From: an uncultured Candidatus Saccharibacteria bacterium
GTDB taxonomy: Bacteria; Patescibacteriota; Saccharimonadia; Saccharimonadales; Saccharimonadaceae
Length of the DNA: 64,000 nucleotides
Direction of reading: 5' to 3'
NCBI GenBank assembly: GCA_963538815.1
Contig: CAUTJK010000002.1
Span: 17,571 to 81,570 of the forward strand
This document shows, in pieces, positions 57,860-64,000 of this stretch. The stretch's first letter is position 1. Every line of letters starts with the position of its first letter. Under the pieces are notes generated by a model, which worked only from the letters and a program-made list of their open reading frames with translations, had not been told where the DNA came from and did not search any database. A program made the translations under genes and the position numbers.

Positions 57860-58975
57860 ATGCATAACCAACCAAACACACAAACCCCCACCACCGATAC
57901 CACCCCAGTAACGTCACCAGAGCTAGCTGCTGCGCCGCAGAGTGATGCAGACGTAGCCACTCATGCCGAGACTCAGCCAACTAATACTACCGCTCAGCCC
58001 GCTGCTGACACGGCTGGCGATACTACCGACATCTTCCTCTGGGCCAATCAAGCCGACCGCGACAAAGACCAGCTGGAGGTGGATCTCTTCCTCTTTACCA
58101 AGGGTTATACGGTGTACGCCACTAACTATGCAGCTGAGCTCAAGGCGCAGCTCAAGGTGCTCTTCCTCTACGATATGATCACGGCGGTGCAGACAGGTGC
58201 AGCGACTGGCCTGATGGTGCGGGACTTCGAGGCAGCCAAGGCGGAGGAGAATGTCCTCGAGCGCACCACGCTCGACCGGGTAGTGCATGCTCAGGAAGTC
58301 ATCGAGCAGATCACCTACAGCGAGGCAGATCTCGAGACCTTCAACGAAGGCGACCATGAATTCAAGAAGGTTAAGGGTATCATTGCGCGCTTCCGGATGG
58401 GTACGGATGGCGAGCCATTCTTCGTGGCCAAGCTGCTACCCCAGTCGCAGGTGCTCAAGGGGGCAACCGCCTGGATGTACAGTGGTGGGTCGTTCCAGCC
58501 ATTTGTGGCTGATGCGGGCTTGCGCATTACGCCGGATAATCAGGTGCTGATCGTCGGCAACGATATCTTTGCCTTTAGCGAGAGTAAATTCGTCCGGCTC
58601 TTTGGCTACGATGCCAAAAAGCACGCTGTGGCGGAGGAGAAGATCGCTGCCATCACGCAGCAGTTTAAGCTTACCTTACCTGAGGGGCTCACGCTCGACC
58701 GCCTGGTGCGCGACACGCCAGCGCTGGTGACCAAACTGCAAAAGCTTGATCCCGCCCAAGTGACACAAGATCAACTCGTCGACCACGCGGACGAAATGGG
58801 CCTGGGTCTGATGACGGACGACGCGGCAGAGAGCATCATTATCATGGACGCCAAGGATGCAGCCGTCTTCGTCAATCTCCTCAACGACGACTACGTCACG
58901 AGCGACCTGACCGGCGTCAAATACGAAATGCGCGGCAAGAAGATCTTGCGCGAGAATGAGCAATTGCCAGAGTAG
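57860..58975 (+). CDS. Hypothetical protein (possible DUF4868/KwaB-like; unverified)
   Basis: TAGAAT ends 7 nt before the ATG. Thr/Pro-rich N-terminus. The C-terminal LLNDDYVTSDLTGVKYEMRGKKI resembles my recollection of DUF4868 C-termini. Confidence 0.6.
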   Translation: MHNQPNTQTPTTDTTPVTSPELAAAPQSDADVATHAETQPTNTTAQPAADTAGDTTDIFLWANQADRDKDQLEVDLFLFTKGYTVYATNYAAELKAQLKVLFLYDMITAVQTGAATGLMVRDFEAAKAEENVLERTTLDRVVHAQEVIEQITYSEADLETFNEGDHEFKKVKGIIARFRMGTDGEPFFVAKLLPQSQVLKGATAWMYSGGSFQPFVADAGLRITPDNQVLIVGNDIFAFSESKFVRLFGYDAKKHAVAEEKIAAITQQFKLTLPEGLTLDRLVRDTPALVTKLQKLDPAQVTQDQLVDHADEMGLGLMTDDAAESIIIMDAKDAAVFVNLLNDDYVTSDLTGVKYEMRGKKILRENEQLPE

Positions 58976-58998
58976 GGAAGAGATATTCTCTGTGTCTA

Positions 58999-59113
58999 GC
59001 TAGTATCATGCTATTGGACAAGAAAATATCTGGAGGCCAGCGACCAAGCAAGCGGGAGAGCTCTGTTATATCATCTGGCCGGAACATTTTCGGTTCGATG
59101 GCATGATACTAGC
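58999..59113 (+). repeat. Hairpin-closed ~113-nt conserved element, copy B (candidate structured RNA)
   Basis: The core matches copy A. The closing stem GCTAGTATCATGC/GGCATGATACTAGC is unique to this copy. Confidence 0.8.
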
Positions 59114-59179
59114 CTCTGAGGTAGCCGCTCGTGATAACTGCATCCACCCAATGTTCTATTTTTCTTAATCCTCTGCTGA

Positions 59180-59188
59180 TGGTACAAT
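59180..59188 (+). promoter_or_regulatory. Extended -10 box (TGGTACAAT) 8 nt upstream of the GH1 ATG
   Basis: The -10 ends at 59188 and the ATG is at 59196. Confidence 0.5.
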
Positions 59189-59195
59189 AAGCATT

Positions 59196-60752
59196 ATGGC
59201 TAAGCAACAATCTACGGTGCAATTTCCAAAACATTTCCTCTGGGGCGCTGCCACGAGCGCGCATCAGGTCGAGGGTGGTATGCACAACCAGTGGTCGGAG
59301 TGGGAAAAAGCTCAGGCCAAGACCCTCGCTGCTCAGAGCCAATATCAATATGGCGACTTGCCCAACTGGTCGCACATTGCCAGTGCCGCCAAAGATCCAA
59401 ACAATTATATCTCGGGCAAAGCTGCCAACCACGCCGAGCTCTACACGCAAGACTTCGCCCTGGCCAAGAAGATGGGCCTCACCTCGTGGCGCTTTAGTGT
59501 GGAGTGGTCGCGCATCGAGCCAGAAGAGGGTGCGTGGAATGCCGAGGCGATCAAATATTACAAGGCGTACTTGGCTGCCCTAGCCGATGCTGGGCTAGAG
59601 CCCGTCGTGACGCTGTTTCACTTCACCCTGCCGGTGTGGTTTGCCGCCCGTGGGGGCTTTGCCAAGCGCGATAATGTGAAGTATTTCGTGCGCTTTGTCG
59701 ATAAGTTGATGGATGAGATTGGCGCCACAGTGCGCTACGTCATTACCATCAACGAGCCGTGTGTCTACGTGACGGAGAGCTACTATAACGGCACTTGGCC
59801 GCCCAATGTGCGCAGCAAGTGGCAAACCTACCGCGTGCTGAGCAACCTTGCCTACGCGCACAACCAAGTAGCCAAAGTCCTCCACGCCAAGAGCCGACGC
59901 TTCAAGGTGGCAGTGGCCAAGAATTCAGCCTACACCTACCCGGGCGACGACGCCTGGCTTAGCCGAGCGACAGCGCGGGTGGTGCAGTTCTTCCAGGATG
60001 ATTATTTCCTGCGCAAGGTGGTGCGGCAGAGCGACTACATTGCCGTTAATTATTACTTTAGTAATCGTATCTATGGCTATCGCATCCACAATCCCGAGAC
60101 GACGCCAAATGATCTCGGCTGGACGATGCAGCCCGATCATCTCGAGCTTGCACTGGAGCGTCTCTGGGGCCGCTACAAGCTGCCTCTGCTCGTGACGGAG
60201 AACGGCGTGGCCGACGAGCGCGACCAGTTCCGCAAGCAATGGCTCACTCAGTCTATCCTTGCTATGCAGCGCGCCCTTGGTAGTGGAGTAGAGCTGCTGG
60301 GGTATATGCACTGGAGCTTCCTCGATAACTTCGAGTGGGATAAAGGGTTTTGGCCGCGCTTTGGCCTCTTTGCGGTCGACTACAAGACGTATAAGCGGAC
60401 ACCGCGCCCCAGTGCGCTATGGTTTGCTCGCGTATTGCAGCAGCAGAAGAAACAGGCAGAGCAGCCCATCGAACCACTGCCGTCTGTACCAGCCCGCAAG
60501 AAACCAGCCAAGCCAGCTGCTGCACAAGCTCAGGCCAAACCTACGTCATCAGCGTCTTCATCGCCGCGCTCTGTTCGCTCTACGCCAGCCGTGCCACCCA
60601 AACCGACGCCGCCGACGCCACCGCAAACACCCCAAATGCCACCATCTACACCAGGGCCAGCGGCACGCTCTAGCGGGGTGATTACACCGCCGCGCCGGCC
60701 AGCAGTTGCATCACGCAGTCGTTCACGTAGTCATAATAATTGGGAGGAATAA
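59196..60752 (+). CDS. GH1 beta-glucosidase with ~110-aa Pro-rich basic C-terminal tail
   Basis: FLWGAATSAHQVEG, acid/base ITINEP, nucleophile VTENG. Confidence 0.9.
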   Translation: MAKQQSTVQFPKHFLWGAATSAHQVEGGMHNQWSEWEKAQAKTLAAQSQYQYGDLPNWSHIASAAKDPNNYISGKAANHAELYTQDFALAKKMGLTSWRFSVEWSRIEPEEGAWNAEAIKYYKAYLAALADAGLEPVVTLFHFTLPVWFAARGGFAKRDNVKYFVRFVDKLMDEIGATVRYVITINEPCVYVTESYYNGTWPPNVRSKWQTYRVLSNLAYAHNQVAKVLHAKSRRFKVAVAKNSAYTYPGDDAWLSRATARVVQFFQDDYFLRKVVRQSDYIAVNYYFSNRIYGYRIHNPETTPNDLGWTMQPDHLELALERLWGRYKLPLLVTENGVADERDQFRKQWLTQSILAMQRALGSGVELLGYMHWSFLDNFEWDKGFWPRFGLFAVDYKTYKRTPRPSALWFARVLQQQKKQAEQPIEPLPSVPARKKPAKPAAAQAQAKPTSSASSSPRSVRSTPAVPPKPTPPTPPQTPQMPPSTPGPAARSSGVITPPRRPAVASRSRSRSHNNWEE

Positions 60753-60755
60753 TAT

Positions 60756-61754
60756 ATGGCACAGAGCAATGGTGGAGCACGCGTCGTCGTCATCGGCGGC
60801 GGGACGGGGAGCTTTACGCTCCTGACAGGCCTGAGGCAGTATGCCTCGCAGGTCACGGCACTCGTCAATATGGCAGATGATGGCGGCTCGACGGGCCAAC
60901 TGCGTGATGAGCTCGGCGTCTTGCCGCCTGGTGATGTGCGCCAATGTCTGGTGGCGCTGAGCAATAGCCCTAAGGTGCGCGACCTCTTTAATTATCGTTT
61001 CGATGAGGGGAGTTTTAAGGGGCATGCCTTTGGTAATCTCTTCCTCACAGCCCTTGAGAAAATGACCGGCAGCTTTGCCGAGGCGGTGGCACTAGCCAGT
61101 CAGGTGCTTAATATCGATGGGTGCGTTGTGCCCGCAACACTCAGCAATGTGACGCTTTGCGCAGAGGGCGAGGATGGTCAGCCTATCAAAGGAGAATATG
61201 TCATCTCACAGCAGGCGCTGGCGCGTCGGCCTAAGATTTGGCTTGAGCCAGAAGCCCAGGCTAACCCCGCCGCGGTGGAGGCAATTCGCACCGCCGATAT
61301 GGTCGTCGTGGCTCCCGGCAACCTCTATGGCAGCTTGGCACCTGTCTTGGTCATTCGCGAGATCCAAGAGGCACTTGCCGCCACCAAGGCGCGCTGTGTC
61401 TTTGTCTGCAACCTCGTCACCAAGCCCGGCCCAACAGACGGCTTTTCGGTGAGTGACTTCGCGAGTGAGATCGAGCGCCTAGCGGGTAGTCAGTTCCTCG
61501 ACTATGTCGTCTTTAACAACACGCGCCCCAGCCCCGAGCTGATGGATAAGTACGCCCACGATGGCGAGCTGATGGTCGAGTACGATATGGACGAGATGCA
61601 CCGCCAGCACTACCGCTACCGCGCCGCACCAGTCCTCGCACAAGACGTGTGGGATGGTGCCCAGGCTAGCGATCCATTGGCTAGCACGCGCAGCTTCATC
61701 CGGCACGACCCCGACGTCGTGGCGCGCCAGCTGATGCGGATATACTTTGCATAA
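60756..61754 (+). CDS. YvcK/CofD-family (gluconeogenesis factor, UPF0052) protein
   Basis: VVIGGGTGSFTLLTGL and NMADDGGSTGQLRDELGVLPPGD. Confidence 0.85.
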   Translation: MAQSNGGARVVVIGGGTGSFTLLTGLRQYASQVTALVNMADDGGSTGQLRDELGVLPPGDVRQCLVALSNSPKVRDLFNYRFDEGSFKGHAFGNLFLTALEKMTGSFAEAVALASQVLNIDGCVVPATLSNVTLCAEGEDGQPIKGEYVISQQALARRPKIWLEPEAQANPAAVEAIRTADMVVVAPGNLYGSLAPVLVIREIQEALAATKARCVFVCNLVTKPGPTDGFSVSDFASEIERLAGSQFLDYVVFNNTRPSPELMDKYAHDGELMVEYDMDEMHRQHYRYRAAPVLAQDVWDGAQASDPLASTRSFIRHDPDVVARQLMRIYFA

Positions 61755-61784
61755 ATATCAAGGACTGGCTATACTGTAAAGATC

Positions 61785-62573
61785 ATGGAGCATATGACGG
61801 GCCACTATCACATCTATGTCGACCTTGACCGGACGATCATCAACACTACGCAGTGGCTGCGCGAGATAGCGGAGGCACTAGCCCAGCTCTACCCAGCGCA
61901 GGTGACCGCTCAGGAATTCTTGGCGGCGCAGCCTCGCTATATGCTCCGGCCCAAGACGAACCCCACCGCGCCGACCTACGTCTTGGCAGCGCAGCTTGCA
62001 GCGCTGGGCCTAGATGCGGCGTCTGTTATTGAGCAGCTCGAGCAGACGGCTCTTGCCGATGGCCATCTCCAATACCCAGGCGTGGCACAGATGCTGCGCA
62101 CGCTCAGCCACTATGGCACGGTGCAGATACTGACCTATGGTGATCCCATCACGCCGCACTGCAAAGCCCGTCTGTGCCCAGCAGTGCGTGCGCTCGTGGC
62201 TCAGCAGGGTGGGCAGGTGATTATTACTACCTTGCAAGATAAAGCCCAGTGGCTGCGCCGTGCTGCTGCTGCAAACCCCGGCCAAATAATCTACCTAATC
62301 GACGATAAGCCCGTTGCTACCGCCTTTGCGTCCGAGTCAGACCCGCCTATCCGCTGCGTGCAGATCGACCACACTGGCCAGCTTACGCCGCGCTCTATCA
62401 ATTGGCGCTCAGGAGACTGGCCCATTTGTCATACGTTAGCTCAAGCAACTAATATCATACAAGGAGACATCGAGTATGCAATGCACCAAAGCAATCATCC
62501 CCGTAGCAGGCTGGGGGACACGGCGCCTGCCCGTCACCAAGACGATCGAAAAATGCATGCTGCCGCTGGGTAA
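61785..62573 (+). CDS. HAD-superfamily-like hydrolase (3' end overlaps galU by 98 nt)
   Basis: N-terminal DxD motif YVDLDRT and a later LIDDK. The C-terminal 30 aa are read through the galU start region. Confidence 0.5.
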   Translation: MEHMTGHYHIYVDLDRTIINTTQWLREIAEALAQLYPAQVTAQEFLAAQPRYMLRPKTNPTAPTYVLAAQLAALGLDAASVIEQLEQTALADGHLQYPGVAQMLRTLSHYGTVQILTYGDPITPHCKARLCPAVRALVAQQGGQVIITTLQDKAQWLRRAAAANPGQIIYLIDDKPVATAFASESDPPIRCVQIDHTGQLTPRSINWRSGDWPICHTLAQATNIIQGDIEYAMHQSNHPRSRLGDTAPARHQDDRKMHAAAG

Positions 62574-63297
62574 CCGCCCGGTAGTAGACTACGCCGTGCA
62601 AGACTGTATCGCGGCAGGCATCCGCGATATCTACTTCGTGGTGAGCGAGCAGAGTACGCAGATTCGCGACTTCTACCGCTCCAACGTCGACCTCAACAAC
62701 TATCTGCGACGCAATGGTAAGGCAGATCTATTGCCCCTCATCGCTCCACCGAAGGTTAATCTGCACTACATGGTGCAATCGAGCTATGGCAAGTACGGCA
62801 CAGCCATCCCGGTGAGCCTGGTGGTGCCGCAGCTCGACCCGGGCGAGCCGGTGGTCGTGCTGATGGGCGATGACTGCGTGTATAATGCCGATGGCACATC
62901 AGAGGTAGCGCGCCTCATCGAGGCAGCAGGGGAGGATCGTTCGGCTATTCTGGGTGTGCACATGCCACCCGACCAGCTCAGCCGCTACGGCGTGCTGGAT
63001 GTTGCCGATGATGGCCGCCTGCGCGGTGTGGTAGAGAAGCCAGCGCCAGGTGAAGCGCCCAGCGAGATGATCAACGTGAGTAAATACGTCCTCAGCTACG
63101 ACCTCCTGCAGCGCATTGCCGCCCACGCCGACCGTGAGGATGTCGCGGGCGAATACTACATCACCGACCCCTTCAACGACTACCTCGCTGCTGGTGGCCA
63201 CATGGCCGTCGTCCCCACCAAGGGCCACTACCTCGACACTGGCACGCTCGAGACCTGGGTAGCAGCCAACAACTGGCTCCTCGAGCATCAGGGGTAG
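62476..63297 (+). CDS. galU: UTP--glucose-1-phosphate uridylyltransferase
   Basis: AAGGAG RBS; AIIPVAGWGTRRLPVTK. Confidence 0.9.
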   Translation: MQCTKAIIPVAGWGTRRLPVTKTIEKCMLPLGNRPVVDYAVQDCIAAGIRDIYFVVSEQSTQIRDFYRSNVDLNNYLRRNGKADLLPLIAPPKVNLHYMVQSSYGKYGTAIPVSLVVPQLDPGEPVVVLMGDDCVYNADGTSEVARLIEAAGEDRSAILGVHMPPDQLSRYGVLDVADDGRLRGVVEKPAPGEAPSEMINVSKYVLSYDLLQRIAAHADREDVAGEYYITDPFNDYLAAGGHMAVVPTKGHYLDTGTLETWVAANNWLLEHQG

Positions 63298-63310
63298 GGG
63301 AGAAAGAATA

Positions 63311-63340
63311 AAAAACCGGCTCATACCAGCCGGTTTTTTC
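63311..63340. terminator. Bidirectional rho-independent terminator
   Basis: AAAAACCGGC / GCCGGTTTTT stem with A and T runs on both sides. Confidence 0.85.
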
Positions 63341-63453
63341 TTGGCAAAAACACAGCCCACCAACTGCCACGGCCAAATCGGGTTTCCAGGCCCGAGAATA
63401 CTCTAGAGTACTCAATCAGGCGTGGTGATTGGCGGGCTGTGTTGGTGGGCTAT

Positions 63454-63657
63454 TTAGCCCCTGTCCTCATAGCACCTAAATGATACTATGAGCTTTGCAT
63501 TGACGTAGGAGCTCAGGGTCGTGGGTAGAAAATCCCCACGTGTTACTGCTCCTTGTAAAAAGGTAGCAGCATAATCTGGGCTCTTAAAGGTCTTTTCTAG
63601 CGGGTAAGACCCGCCAGTGGTTGTGTCAACCTCGACCTTGTACTTCTTCATCGTCAT
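63454..63657 (-). CDS. Hypothetical small protein
   Basis: GAAAGGAAG RBS before the ATG at 63657; 67 aa. Confidence 0.45.
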   Translation of the reverse strand: MTMKKYKVEVDTTTGGSYPLEKTFKSPDYAATFLQGAVTRGDFLPTTLSSYVNAKLIVSFRCYEDRG

Positions 63658-63890
63658 GATGATCTTCCTTTCGGATCCAGAGGCCAAAGAGCTGCTTTTC
63701 GCTCTTTGAGACAAACCTCTGAGCTGAAAAGCTAATATATATATCAATATATGAGAGTGGCGTCAAGCTATTTTGCTTATAATGCCATAAAATCAGCGTA
63801 TTTTCTACTTTTGTGCGTATAAAATGGCAAGATATATCTACTATAGACGCGCTTAGATCAGATCAAAACACTCACCAATCTCGCTTATTC

Positions 63891-63966
63891 TTATCCACAC
63901 CATAGGAGTTGTGGAAAGCAACTGACCCCTGATACTGGTTGAGCTTTTCCACAGATTTGTGGATAA
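63891..63966. promoter_or_regulatory. Cluster of four DnaA boxes
   Basis: TTATCCACA at 63891-63899 (perfect) and TGTGGATAA at 63958-63966 (perfect, reverse). TTTTCCACA at 63945-63953 (1 mismatch) and TGTGGAAAG at 63910-63918 (2 mismatches, reverse). Confidence 0.65.
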
Positions 63967-64000
63967 GCGCCAGCGCGGCGGGGAACGCCGTGGGTAAAAG

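Overview
Gene-dense 64-kb bacterial window with about 65 protein genes, roughly 85% of them on the + strand. I recognised no rRNA, tRNA, CRISPR array, transposase or integrase by eye. The left half (1-33 kb) is mostly housekeeping. It carries serS, pyrD, hpf-secA-M16 peptidase, murD, an M48 peptidase, and prfB-ftsE-ftsX followed by a coiled-coil/CHAP hydrolase. It also carries an S41 C-terminal protease, rpmA, xseA-xseB, a minimal histidine kinase/response regulator pair, recO and glyQS. The order hpf-secA ... prfB ... ftsEX ... ctp resembles, as I recall it, the Bacillus subtilis arrangement. The right half (33-63 kb) is a mosaic of housekeeping genes (hpt, rnhA, SAM-I riboswitch-metK, GH1, yvcK-like, galU) and visibly more AT-rich orphan genes. 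It includes two convergent BNR/Asp-box propeller surface proteins with LAxTG sorting signals, one of them fused to a GH16 domain. It also includes a bulb-type lectin, a CPBP protease, two Nudix hydrolases, a DUF3800-like protein, a SUKH/SMI1 immunity-type protein and a Pif1-type helicase. The small gene set, Gram-positive-type surface signals and many -10 boxes abutting start codons fit a reduced-genome monoderm lineage, possibly Saccharibacteria/CPR-like. That placement is inference only. The observations I would follow up first are listed here. (1) A ~113-nt element is present twice, with a conserved core and compensatory closing stems. (2) A ~300-nt almost cytosine-free GATA/AGA-rich tract lies in a 650-bp divergent intergenic region. 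(3) An (AG)10 tract sits 11 nt into a low-GC orphan gene next to a Pif1 helicase and a possibly KwaB-like gene. (4) A cluster of four DnaA boxes sits at the right edge. (5) Promoter/start-codon geometry is pervasively leaderless-type. All coordinates, identities and counts are from hand inspection; no database search was run.
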